Under the pieces are notes generated by a model that saw nothing but the letters and a program-made list of their open reading frames with translations, had not been told where the DNA came from and made no database searches. A stretch of 40,000 nucleotides of DNA from Methylophilus sp. 14 (GTDB lineage: Bacteria; Pseudomonadota; Gammaproteobacteria; Burkholderiales; Methylophilaceae): assembly GCF_015354345.1 (NCBI RefSeq), contig NZ_JADKYS010000003.1, forward strand, positions 52,856-92,855, written 5' to 3'. How positions within the stretch are numbered: position 1 is the first letter of the stretch; every line of letters begins with the position of its first letter. Positions 11,424 to 19,837 of this stretch are shown piece after piece. Made by a program: the position numbers and the translations under genes.

Positions 11424-12091
11424 GCCATATCACTTTAACGGCAAAAGCCGTTGCACGTAGCGTTGATTGCCGAGCGTTGTTGCCAGAAGCCTTGCAAGGC
11501 AAAACAGTGGCTGAGATCGCAAGTATCAAACTGGCCGCTAACCTAAGCGTGGCCGATGTGTTTGAAGTTAGCGTAGACACAGCTTCAGAAGCGGCGGCGG
11601 TGACTTTTAAAAACACCACGTCTGCCCATCAATACATAGGCTTTGGCATGACCACCGGCCAAATCAACGTGGTTGGCGACGCCGGTGACTTTTTAGGCGC
11701 ACAACTGCAAAATGGTGTATTGATTTGCACAGGCAACGCGGGGGCTCGGGCGGGTGACCGTATGCGCCGCGGCATGTTGCTGATTGAAGGTAATGCCGGG
11801 GATTATTGTGGCTCTGACATGATGGCGGGCACGCTGGGCGTGCTGGGCACCACGGGCGCGCACCTGGGTTATGGCATGAAGCGCGGTACTTTGTTATTGG
11901 CCCACACACCCGCCGCGCAAGCGACCTGGGTAGACTGCGGGTTCCATAAATTACCTTTCCTCAATATTCTGTATAAGTCATTCAAGCGCCTCGATAGCCG
12001 TTTTGCGCAGATCAGCAGCCAGCGTGTGCAACGCTGGATGGGCGATATGGGCGGCCTGGGCAAAGCGGAAATTCTGGTGATTCAGTCCTGA
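11420..12091 (+). CDS. fhcC: formyltransferase/hydrolase complex subunit C (FwdC/GXGXG-repeat domain)
   Basis: 223 aa. Repeated G-x-G-x-G-type beta-helix motifs (VVGDAGDFLGA, CTGNAGARAGD, IEGNAGDYCGS). ATGA overlap with fhcD. Confidence 0.8.
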   Translation: MSHITLTAKAVARSVDCRALLPEALQGKTVAEIASIKLAANLSVADVFEVSVDTASEAAAVTFKNTTSAHQYIGFGMTTGQINVVGDAGDFLGAQLQNGVLICTGNAGARAGDRMRRGMLLIEGNAGDYCGSDMMAGTLGVLGTTGAHLGYGMKRGTLLLAHTPAAQATWVDCGFHKLPFLNILYKSFKRLDSRFAQISSQRVQRWMGDMGGLGKAEILVIQS

Positions 12092-12116
12092 TGGGCTGTT
12101 TTAACGATGTGAGATG

Positions 12117-12144
12117 AACGGGCCTAGTGCCCGTTTTTCTTTTT
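12117..12144 (+). terminator. intrinsic terminator after fhcC
   Basis: Hairpin AACGGGC-ctagt-GCCCGTT followed by TTTCTTTTT. Confidence 0.75.
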
Positions 12145-12199
12145 GCATCAGGGGGTTACAGTGGTAAAATCGCGTTTTTGAAATAAAGCCTGTTCTCAA

Positions 12200-13126
12200 A
12201 TGAGTCAATTTCTTACTGCCGCCCTCTACAAATTTGTCACGCTGGATGATTACCAAGCCCTGCAACAACCGATTTTAGAGGCTTGCCAGAAGCTGCATAT
12301 CAAAGGCACCTTGTTACTGGCAAAAGAGGGCATTAACGGCACCATCGCCGGTGCGCCGGATGACATCCGCGCCATTCTGGCACATTTACGCCAGGATCCG
12401 CGTCTGGCTGACCTCGAACATAAAGAGTCCTGGGCCGACAGACATCCGTTTTACCGCATGAAGGTCAAGCTGAAAAAAGAAATCGTCACCATGGGCGTGC
12501 CCGAGGTAGACCCGAATCTGGTCGTCGGCACTTATGTGAAACCAGAAGACTGGAATGCGATTATTTCTGACCCGGACGTGATTGTGCTGGATACACGCAA
12601 TGACTACGAAGTGCATATTGGTACCTTTAAAAATGCAGTAGACCCGAAAACGACTACCTTCCGTGAGTTTCCCAAATACGTGGCAGACAACCTGGACAAA
12701 ACCAAGCACAAAAAAGTGGCCATGTTCTGCACCGGTGGCATCCGCTGTGAAAAAGCCTCTTCTTATATGAAGCAACAGGGTTTCGAAGAGGTTTATCACT
12801 TGCAAGGCGGTATCCTCAAATACCTTGAAACCATCCCTAAAGAACAAAGCCTGTGGGAGGGCGACTGCTTTGTGTTTGACCAGCGCGTGGCCGTGAAACA
12901 CGGCCTGGAAGTGGGCGACCATGACCAATGCTATGCCTGCCGTATGCCGCTCACCCAGGAAGAAATGCAAAGCGAGCGATACGAAGCGGGTATCTCTTGC
13001 CCGTATTGCTTCGACAAACTCTCTGCCGATAAAAAAGAGTCGCTACGTGAGCGCCAGAAGCAAGTCAAACTGGCCAGGTTGCGTGGCCAGAGCCATATTG
13101 GGGATAGTCAGAAATCTCAAGACTAA
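12200..13126 (+). CDS. trhO: rhodanese-domain tRNA uridine(34) hydroxylase (YceA/UPF0176 family)
   Basis: 308 aa. Typical YceA N-terminus (ALYKFV.L.D) and a rhodanese active-site loop ([11 protein letters not shown]). Confidence 0.85.
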   Translation: MSQFLTAALYKFVTLDDYQALQQPILEACQKLHIKGTLLLAKEGINGTIAGAPDDIRAILAHLRQDPRLADLEHKESWADRHPFYRMKVKLKKEIVTMGVPEVDPNLVVGTYVKPEDWNAIISDPDVIVLDTRNDYEVHIGTFKNAVDPKTTTFREFPKYVADNLDKTKHKKVAMFCTGGIRCEKASSYMKQQGFEEVYHLQGGILKYLETIPKEQSLWEGDCFVFDQRVAVKHGLEVGDHDQCYACRMPLTQEEMQSERYEAGISCPYCFDKLSADKKESLRERQKQVKLARLRGQSHIGDSQKSQD

Positions 13127-13257
13127 CGCTATTCAAGTCAGTCGGCATACGCATTTTTTGTGAGGAACTATTTAAAATAATTATATTTATGCTAAATTAA
13201 ACCGCTACATTAGACCACCAAGACATCAGTCAAAAGCTCTCAAATAAGGAGATTGTG

Positions 13258-15441
13258 ATGAAGTGCCCTGCAATACTGGCCAATGAACAATCAAGGTTGC
13301 AAGCCTTGTATGACCATGGATTGAATAGTGAAGGTTTAGTAAAAAGCCTGGATCCCGTCGTCCAGATTGCTGCGCGTATGTTTGATATGCCGGTGGCTGC
13401 CGTCAATATGATAGGTAGCGATCATGTCTTTTTTGCCGCGGTGACTGGGGTCGGTGAAGTAGATATGCGGCGCGACGTTTCTTTTTGTGCCCATGCCATT
13501 AATCAGGTTGAGGTGATGGTGGTGCCCGACGCCAGGCAGGATGAGCGTTTCCATGATAATCCACTCGTCACTGGCGATACTCAGTTGCGGTTTTATGCCG
13601 GCGTCCGTTTGCTTTCGCCCGATGGCCTCGCACTGGGCGCCTTGTGTGTGGTCGATAGTCGGCCACGGTTCGATTTCTCTTCCGATGACCAGCGGCGCTT
13701 GCAAGAGCTTGCGCAAATGGTTTCCGACCGGCTGGAGCTCAAGCGTATTGAAACCCAGACCAATCGTTCCCGCCCGGATTTTGCTTCTTATGCCGGGCAC
13801 TCTTCCACGCCTGTGGTCTGGTTTAATGACCACGGACAAATCACCGCCTGGAACACAGCCGCCGCCCAATCTCATGGTTACAGCCTGGCTGAGGGTATAG
13901 GCCAGCCGGTTGAAATGCTGCTGGTTGAGCGTGACCGCGCAACTTTCCGCGATATGATCTCGCGCGCAGTGGTCGCCGGGTCGCTGGACGACCTTGATGT
14001 GTCTTTTGAAGCACGTGGTTTGCGCAAAGGGGGCGGCGAGTTTCAATTAGGCTTCTCTTTGTTTGGCTGGAAAGCCGACGGTGAAATGCGCTTTGAGGTC
14101 ATCCTGAAAGACATTACTGCGCAGCGATTGGCCGAGTCAGAGATTGATCAGCAGAACACGCTGGACCCACTCACTGGCATGGCCAACCGTGCCAGATATT
14201 ACCGGGTGGTCGAGGACGCGATTATCGCCAATATCCCCATCGCAGTGCTCATGATTGATTTGGATAGCTTTAAAGATATCAATGACACCTTGGGGCATGC
14301 CTGCGGCGATCACATCCTTAAAGAAATGGCACACCGCCTGAGCCAGATGGTCGGCACGGCCGGTGTCGTGGCACGCATAGGCGGCGACGAATTTGCGATT
14401 GTGCTGCTGGATGTCGCCAGCCCAGAGTATGCCTTAGCACTGGCTGAGCAGGCCATTAACCTGATTGCACAGCCGATTGTGATACATGAAGACGAAGTGC
14501 GTGTGATTGCGAGCTGCGGTGTGGCGCTGGCACCGATACACGCACACGAAACCCTAGAACTGGTTAGCGATGCCGATTTGGCCTTGTTTAAAGCCAAAGC
14601 CATGGGGCGAGGGCGCGCCTGTGTATTCAGCCCGGTATTACGCCTCGAGGCCGTCGCCAGACGCTTGTATGCCATGGAGTTGTATCGTGCAGTAAATGAA
14701 GGCGAGTTTTTGCTCTATTACCAGCCACAGGTTAACCTGACCACTGGCACAGTGACCGGTGCTGAGGCCTTAATCCGCTGGCGTCACCCCAAGCGCGGCA
14801 TCCTGGCGCCGATTTCGTTTTTGCCTGCGCTTGAAAATGGCACGCTGGCCGCTACCGTCGGCGCCTGGGTGATGGATGAGGCCTGTGCGCAAGTGGCATA
14901 TTGGCGCAGGCATACTGGCGCTGAGCTGCGTATTGGCGTCAACCTGTTTGGGGCACAGTTTCAGGCGGGAGACTTATATGCCGAGGTTGTTTCCACCCTG
15001 GCAAGACATGGTCTGCCGCCTTCAGCACTGGAGCTGGAAGTCACAGAAAATATCGCACTCGATGGCGACGAAGTGGTGCTGAATATCCTGCGCCGACTTA
15101 AGGAATACGGCGTTGGGATTGCGTTTGATGATTTTGGTACCGGATACGCATCACTCAGTTTGCTCAAAACCTACCCACTAACGCGCATTAAAATTGACCG
15201 CAGCTTTGTGCAAGGCATGCTGGAGCAAAAGAAAGACGATTCCGTCGTCAGTGCGACCTTGGATATTGCGCATGCTTTTGATCTGCAAGCTATTGCAGAA
15301 GGCATAGAGACCCAGCCGCAATATGAGTATTTACGCGCCAAAGGCTGTGAAGAAGGGCAGGGGGAATTGTTTGGCAAGCCCATGCCTGCAGAGCAGTTCG
15401 CACATTTGATTGGGATGAACCAATACTCATCTGCGGCTTAA
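13258..15441 (+). CDS. GAF-PAS-GGDEF-EAL signalling protein (c-di-GMP cyclase/phosphodiesterase)
   Basis: About 727 aa. GAF-like N-terminus, a PAS segment, a GGDEF motif (RIGGDEFAIV), and an EAL domain (EALIRW, DDFGTGYASL, KIDRSF, EGIET). ATG at 13258 is preferred over GTG at 13255 because of AAGGAG spacing. Confidence 0.9.
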   Translation: MKCPAILANEQSRLQALYDHGLNSEGLVKSLDPVVQIAARMFDMPVAAVNMIGSDHVFFAAVTGVGEVDMRRDVSFCAHAINQVEVMVVPDARQDERFHDNPLVTGDTQLRFYAGVRLLSPDGLALGALCVVDSRPRFDFSSDDQRRLQELAQMVSDRLELKRIETQTNRSRPDFASYAGHSSTPVVWFNDHGQITAWNTAAAQSHGYSLAEGIGQPVEMLLVERDRATFRDMISRAVVAGSLDDLDVSFEARGLRKGGGEFQLGFSLFGWKADGEMRFEVILKDITAQRLAESEIDQQNTLDPLTGMANRARYYRVVEDAIIANIPIAVLMIDLDSFKDINDTLGHACGDHILKEMAHRLSQMVGTAGVVARIGGDEFAIVLLDVASPEYALALAEQAINLIAQPIVIHEDEVRVIASCGVALAPIHAHETLELVSDADLALFKAKAMGRGRACVFSPVLRLEAVARRLYAMELYRAVNEGEFLLYYQPQVNLTTGTVTGAEALIRWRHPKRGILAPISFLPALENGTLAATVGAWVMDEACAQVAYWRRHTGAELRIGVNLFGAQFQAGDLYAEVVSTLARHGLPPSALELEVTENIALDGDEVVLNILRRLKEYGVGIAFDDFGTGYASLSLLKTYPLTRIKIDRSFVQGMLEQKKDDSVVSATLDIAHAFDLQAIAEGIETQPQYEYLRAKGCEEGQGELFGKPMPAEQFAHLIGMNQYSSAA

Positions 15442-15451
15442 TCCATACGAT

Positions 15452-16435
15452 TTAAATCACATCCAGCGGGCTGGCCACGCCACGCCCGCCAACATTCACC
15501 ACTTTGGTATATAGCATGGTTGTACTTTCATCAGCGTGTCCCATGAGTCGCTGCACGGTTTTAATATCCTGGCCGCCTGCAAGCAAATGTGCGGCAAAGC
15601 TATGCCGCAGTGTATTAGGCGTCACCTGCTTTTTAATACCTGCCTCTGCAGCCACCTTTTTCACCACACGCTGTATCGGCTTCTCATCAGCGTGATGGCG
15701 ATATACCAGGCCGGACTGTTGTTCGACCGACAACCTGCTGGATGGAAACACATATTGCCATAGCCAGTCCTTGCCTGAGTCAGGATGTTTGATTGACAAG
15801 CTAGCGGGCATGCGTACCTCACCAAAGCCCTTGGCTAAATCCTCGGCGTGCAACGCCGCCACAGATTGTAAGTGCGTCTTTAATGGGTTAACCAAACTCA
15901 CAGGCAACAACGTGATGCGATTTTTATGCCCTTGGTCATCACGTACCAAAATTTCCAGCCTGGCAAAATCGATATCCGCTACCCGTAAACGCAAGCACTC
16001 CATGACCCGCAAGCCGCTGCCATAGAGCAAGCTCACCAACAACCACAGATGACCATCCAGCCGTGAAAGGATTGCCTGCACCTCTTGTGTGCTCAGCACC
16101 ACCGGCAACTGCTTTTTCGCCACCACTTTGGTGACGTTTTCAAGCGCAGGCAATCGTTGCTCCAACACCTCGTCATACAAAAACAGCAGAGCGCTTTTCG
16201 CCTGATTTTGCGTGCTAGCAGACACATTGCGTGCCACCGCCAAATGCGTTAAAAAGTCCTCTACCTCAGCCACGCCCATATCACGCGGATGTCGCTTGCC
16301 ATGGTGCAAAATATATCGTTTAATCCATTGAACATAAGCCTCTTCAGTACGCTTGCTGTAGTGCTTCACTCGCAAGCGCTCTACAATAGAAGGAAACAAC
16401 TTTGGTGCTGGCTTAACCTCAGGTGTGTTTTCCAT
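15452..16435 (-). CDS. intI: integron integrase
   Basis: 327 aa tyrosine recombinase. Box I (GLRVMECLRLRVADID), box II (LRHSFAAHLL...GHADESTTMLYTKV) and the integron-specific extra segment (ALHAEDLAKGFGEVRMPASLSIKHPDSGKDWLWQYVFPS). SD AGGAG sits 7 nt upstream of the ATG. No frameshifts or internal stops. Confidence 0.93.
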   Translation of the reverse strand: MENTPEVKPAPKLFPSIVERLRVKHYSKRTEEAYVQWIKRYILHHGKRHPRDMGVAEVEDFLTHLAVARNVSASTQNQAKSALLFLYDEVLEQRLPALENVTKVVAKKQLPVVLSTQEVQAILSRLDGHLWLLVSLLYGSGLRVMECLRLRVADIDFARLEILVRDDQGHKNRITLLPVSLVNPLKTHLQSVAALHAEDLAKGFGEVRMPASLSIKHPDSGKDWLWQYVFPSSRLSVEQQSGLVYRHHADEKPIQRVVKKVAAEAGIKKQVTPNTLRHSFAAHLLAGGQDIKTVQRLMGHADESTTMLYTKVVNVGGRGVASPLDVI

Positions 16436-16572
16436 AGCGCAACTCCTAAAATCAGGTGTAATATAAAGATACTCCTCATTGATTTTATTATGATAAATAA
16501 ATTTATAAATTTTATAGCCCCCAGACTAAATAAAATATTATTGTCGATTTTGGGGTCTAATTAACGTTAGGC
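16436..16572 (+). other. attI region with recombination core GTTAGGC (16566-16572); presumably also carries the PintI and Pc promoters
   Basis: AT-rich spacer between the intI start and the first cassette ORF. It ends in AACGTTAGGC, the same right-hand core as the attC sites. Promoter hexamers are not confidently assignable in this AT-rich stretch. Confidence 0.7.
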
Positions 16573-16580
16573 ATTCAATC

Positions 16581-16823
16581 GTGGCAAACATATTGTTTTG
16601 GATTGGCGTAGCAATTGCAGCCTTGGGGGCGATTTTATTATCGCCAATTGCTGACTTATTGCCTGTTGGCTTTTGGGCTTCGTTGAAAAATCATTTTCAG
16701 GGTAATAGTTCGCATTTTATGAGAGTGGTCCCTACTGAGAATGATAGTTCATTCATTTATATTCTTATTGTGCTGGGTATAGTGTTGGTTATTGTTAGCT
16801 ATGTATTTAAAGCTAGTAAGTAA
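16581..16823 (+). CDS. cassette 1: small two-TM membrane protein, unknown function
   Basis: 80 aa, GTG start 9 nt after the attI core. Two hydrophobic helices. Confidence 0.6.
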   Translation: MANILFWIGVAIAALGAILLSPIADLLPVGFWASLKNHFQGNSSHFMRVVPTENDSSFIYILIVLGIVLVIVSYVFKASK

Positions 16824-16825
16824 AA

Positions 16826-16936
16826 GCCTAACTCATCAGTCAAGCGGGACTGGCGAAAAGGTTATTTTATGAAGTGTTTATTAATAACGAGGGTTGAGCA
16901 ATCATTGTCGCCAGCCCCTTACTTCAAACGTTAGCC
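16826..16936 (+). repeat. attC 1 (long 111-bp variant)
   Basis: GCCTAAC-tcatcagtcaagcgggactggcg...(about 50 nt insert)...cgccagccccttacttcaaac-GTTAGCC. Confidence 0.85.
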
Positions 16937-16939
16937 CAC

Positions 16940-17581
16940 ATGAAAACCAGACCTCTCCGCAGCTTAGTCATGCAAGATGTGCGAAAGCACTATCTCCAGC
17001 GAATTGCTGTGGGAAAGGAACTTCGGCGGCTGCTCAATGCTGGCTCAATTGACACCTATGTTTTGCTTGCACTTGGAATCACAGCACCAGAAGGAAACTA
17101 CAGCGCGTGGGAACACAACCTAGGCTCTCGCATTCTTAGTCAAAGAACACCAGAGCCCGTGTTTTCCCTTGCAGCCGAGCTTGCGTCCTGCAATACGGCA
17201 ACCGGAATGCTCGACACAATTTATGCGGCGGCTATACCGTGGCTGAAGGTGAGCGTGGGTTCTGAAATGGCGATGATGTTGAAGCCTTCAACATTCTGGG
17301 TCGCAAACACGCGCACCGTTTGGGCGCATTTGCTCCTCAAGTACGATTTTGATTATGCCGTCGCCGATGAAGCGCTACGGCTATACCGAGTCGATGACCA
17401 AGACTCAAAAATGGCGTACCAGATTTGGAAGGCCATATATCACGAGATGGGCAGTAGCGTTGTAGCGCTTACTGCTCTCGGTAGTAGCGAAGCAGAGCAA
17501 CAGAGTGTTACGGCTGGCAAGAAACCCAACCTTTGGTTTGACGCAATCGCAAATGCGCTATACGAACAGCATGTGGGCTAA
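16940..17581 (+). CDS. cassette 2: soluble hypothetical protein (213 aa)
   Basis: ATG 4 nt after the attC1 core. The stop TAA lies inside the R'' core of attC2. Visibly more GC-rich than neighbouring cassettes. No family recognised. Confidence 0.7.
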   Translation: MKTRPLRSLVMQDVRKHYLQRIAVGKELRRLLNAGSIDTYVLLALGITAPEGNYSAWEHNLGSRILSQRTPEPVFSLAAELASCNTATGMLDTIYAAAIPWLKVSVGSEMAMMLKPSTFWVANTRTVWAHLLLKYDFDYAVADEALRLYRVDDQDSKMAYQIWKAIYHEMGSSVVALTALGSSEAEQQSVTAGKKPNLWFDAIANALYEQHVG

Positions 17582-17644
17582 CCCTGCGGTCAACGCAGAC
17601 CTTGCGCATAAAGCCGCGCAAGGCCGGTTACCTTTACGTTAGGG
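17576..17644 (+). repeat. attC 2 (69 bp, different sequence family)
   Basis: GGCTAAC-cctgcggtcaacgcagaCCTTGCGCataaagccGCGCAAGGccggttacctttac-GTTAGGG. Same core logic, but the inner arms are unrelated to the other nine sites. Confidence 0.8.
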
Positions 17645-17937
17645 GTCTTGTTATTTCGCCGTGGTTAAGTTTGTGTGCCTGGTAGGTTTTTGCAGTTTGT
17701 GAGTGCAATTGTTTTAGGTAACGTTCTGGTTTGGCGCGTAATGTTAGGGTAGGGGTTTTGGCAGTCTGCCGTAATGCGTTTGCCCCACCTCTGGCGTGGC
17801 AAGCCGCGGTCTGATGGTTTGTTGTTGGGGCTTGAGCGAGTTTTTTGGTTCTGTGTTTAATTGGTTGCTTTGCGGTCTTTGCAGAGCTTTTTTATGGTTG
17901 AGGTGCGGTATGTGTGTAGTCTATTGTGGCTTTTTAT
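17645..17937 (+). other. cassette 3: ORF-less, G+T-skewed cassette body
   Basis: Bounded by attC2 and attC3. The only track ORF (17796-17996) starts at GTG, runs through attC3 and has a composition-driven Cys/Leu/Phe/Gly/Trp content. No - strand ORF of 60 aa or more. Confidence 0.55.
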
Positions 17938-17998
17938 CCCTAACCTATCAGTCAAGCGGGACTGGCTTTCAGCCAGCCCCTTACTTCAAACGTTAGGC
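17938..17998 (+). repeat. attC 3
   Basis: CCCTAAC-ctatcagtcaagcgggacTGGCtttcaGCCAgccccttacttcaaac-GTTAGGC (61 bp). Confidence 0.88.
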
Positions 17999-18009
17999 AA
18001 ACAGAACAA

Positions 18010-18390
18010 ATGCAAAATATAAGCAATCGTGGTTGGTATCTCTACTTCTTTGTATATTTGTTGTTATTCATATCGCTATCAATATTCACAATTTATAAAG
18101 GCCAAGATTTATCAATTATTTCTTTAAGTTTAGATGTGTTGGCTCTAATTGGGCTTTATAAGTTTGCTCGCACAAATACCGTCAGCTTTTCATTCATATG
18201 GGTAATCATTGCCTCCTTCTTTACAGCTAGGCTTTTATTTGTTTGGTATATCCTCATACCCAATATATATCCATGGCTCTCAATGTTTGAACAGATGGTT
18301 TCACTTTGGGGGCTAGTTGGCTCCGCTTTTCAGGTGCCAGTCGCTTATGCACTATGGCGTTATAGTTTTCGTAAGGAACAAAATGCCTAA
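18010..18390 (+). CDS. cassette 4: four-TM membrane protein, unknown function
   Basis: 126 aa, AT-rich and strongly hydrophobic. The stop TAA lies inside the attC4 R'' core. Confidence 0.7.
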   Translation: MQNISNRGWYLYFFVYLLLFISLSIFTIYKGQDLSIISLSLDVLALIGLYKFARTNTVSFSFIWVIIASFFTARLLFVWYILIPNIYPWLSMFEQMVSLWGLVGSAFQVPVAYALWRYSFRKEQNA

Positions 18391-18444
18391 CCCATCCATC
18401 AAGCGGGACGCGCTAAAGCGCGCCCCTTATGTCAAACGTTAGAA
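18385..18444 (+). repeat. attC 4
   Basis: GCCTAAC-ccatccatcaagcgggacGCGCtaaaGCGCgccccttatgtcaaac-GTTAGAA (60 bp). Confidence 0.88.
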
Positions 18445-18448
18445 CTTT

Positions 18449-19024
18449 ATGAACGAACTATTGATAAAGCAAAATAAAGGTGCCTTAAAAACACTGCCTG
18501 TCATGTTTTTATTGGTTTTTACTTTTTTCACTATTTCAAGTTATCTGGGTTCTGGATTTTCTGCTCAAACTCAAGCAATGCTAGCGTTTACAATATTTTT
18601 TACAGTTTTTGCATTATGGTTTCTACATATACACTCTAAACGGCAAGTTCTAATTAACAAATCAACCGAGCAAATCGAAATTACTGAGTTTTCTATTTTT
18701 GGTACTCAAAAATACAAAAACTACCCCTTAGGCAACTTCAGCTCAATCCGGTCATACATCACGCATGGTAAAGGTGCAAGAAACATAGTTGAGCTTGTTA
18801 CTTCAGATGGTAATCGAGGTCTGTTTTTATCCAGTTTTTTACCATGTGGTGGTAAAAATTTCTGGTCACTTGAAATTGAAACTGAAAATCCAGAAGCTGC
18901 TCTTTTGGCATCACAAGTGGCAGCATTTCTATCAATAAAAAACATAGGCTTTATTGGGCACAAGTTTGCTACTAACCAAGTAGGTATTGAAAATAATGCT
19001 AAATTTATCAGTAATATGTTCTAA
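18449..19024 (+). CDS. cassette 5: membrane protein with two N-terminal TM helices and a beta-rich C-terminal domain
   Basis: 191 aa. The topology resembles bacterial PH-like (YdbS/T-type) membrane proteins, but that is a guess. The stop TAA lies inside the attC5 R'' core. Confidence 0.7.
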   Translation: MNELLIKQNKGALKTLPVMFLLVFTFFTISSYLGSGFSAQTQAMLAFTIFFTVFALWFLHIHSKRQVLINKSTEQIEITEFSIFGTQKYKNYPLGNFSSIRSYITHGKGARNIVELVTSDGNRGLFLSSFLPCGGKNFWSLEIETENPEAALLASQVAAFLSIKNIGFIGHKFATNQVGIENNAKFISNMF

Positions 19025-19129
19025 CCCATCCATCAAGCGGGACTGGCGAAAACAAGCATCTATGGAAACAATTTTAATAACAATGGCTGTGTCACCATTA
19101 TCGCCAGCCCCTTATCTCAAACGTTGGGC
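19019..19129 (+). repeat. attC 5 (long 111-bp variant)
   Basis: TTCTAAC-ccatccatcaagcgggactggcg...(about 50 nt insert)...cgccagccccttatctcaaac-GTTGGGC. Confidence 0.85.
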
Positions 19130-19148
19130 ATATTAAAAGGAGAATTAA

Positions 19149-19769
19149 GTGGGCTTTCATATATCTTGGGTAGCTGTAAATGGAAAATCACCTGCACAGG
19201 TTTGCTCGGAATTAAATTTACAAGACACCGATGAGCAAAGCCCTTACCCAGAAACTGATGTAGATGCACTCAAGCTCAATTCTGGATGGTACCTTTTACA
19301 TTTCAACGACCCATTACCGCCAGAGCTAGAGCTTGCGATTCTAGGCCCACTATCAATGGGAGCTGAAGTTGTAAAGTGTGTTATTGAAGAAACCTCTATG
19401 GTCTCAATGGCAAGCTATCTCTCCAACGGTAAAGAGAAATGGTCTATCGTCCATGACTCAGAACAGGGACTTACGCATCTAGATGTAAGTGGAGATCTTC
19501 CTGATTGCTACGAGGAAATTAAAAATCGATTGCTAGCTCAACTGAATGCGGATGAAGAGCCATGTGATTACTTATTTGATGTGCCCGCCGAGGTCTGTAA
19601 AAGCATCACTGGGTTCCGTCATGACGATGTTAGAGAAGATGAGGATAGTAATCCATTTGCGGTCATGGAACGGTCAAGCCAAGCCAAAGCGTCTGCTGCT
19701 TCAACAAACAATATCGAAAGTGATATTACAGATTCACAATCTACCAAACCTTGGTGGCGGTTTTGGTAA
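19149..19769 (+). CDS. cassette 6: acidic soluble hypothetical protein (206 aa)
   Basis: GTG start with the only canonical SD in the array (AAGGAG, 6 nt spacing). Shares an EKWSIV.D patch with cassette 8. No family recognised. Confidence 0.7.
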   Translation: MGFHISWVAVNGKSPAQVCSELNLQDTDEQSPYPETDVDALKLNSGWYLLHFNDPLPPELELAILGPLSMGAEVVKCVIEETSMVSMASYLSNGKEKWSIVHDSEQGLTHLDVSGDLPDCYEEIKNRLLAQLNADEEPCDYLFDVPAEVCKSITGFRHDDVREDEDSNPFAVMERSSQAKASAASTNNIESDITDSQSTKPWWRFW

Positions 19770-19770
19770 T

Positions 19771-19830
19771 GCCCAACCCATCCATCAAGCGGGACGCGCT
19801 AAAGCGCGCCCCTTATGTCAAACGTTAGAG
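19771..19830 (+). repeat. attC 6
   Basis: GCCCAAC-ccatccatcaagcgggacGCGCtaaaGCGCgccccttatgtcaaac-GTTAGAG (60 bp). Confidence 0.88.
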
Positions 19831-19837
19831 CGCAACT

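Noticed and set aside
16436-16480. Looked for a LexA box (CTGT-N8-ACAG) upstream of intI, since many integron integrases are SOS-regulated.
   Set aside because: No match better than scattered half-site similarity was seen by eye on either strand. I cannot claim SOS control.
16289-16564. 91-aa + strand ORF spanning the intI 5' end and attI.
   Set aside because: It is antisense to the intI coding sequence for half its length and then runs through an AT-rich non-coding spacer. It shows no SD and has a low-complexity Ile/Asn/Lys-rich composition.
16869-16934. Mini-ORFs inside the long attC sites: MKCLLITRVEQSLSPAPYFKR at 16869-16934 and METILITMAVSPLSPAPYLKRWAY at 19062-19136.
   Set aside because: The shared C-terminal residues are just the conserved attC arm read in the one frame that stays open until the TAG/TAA near the core. 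Only one has a weak SD. It is probably a by-product of the repeat.
17796-17996. 66-aa Cys/Leu/Phe/Trp-rich ORF in cassette 3, a possible small hydrophobic toxin.
   Set aside because: It has a GTG start and no SD. Its amino-acid content is what any frame of a G+T-rich sequence yields, and its last ~20 codons are simply attC3 read in the open frame (…PAPYFKR*). It is retained only as part of the ORF-less-cassette finding.
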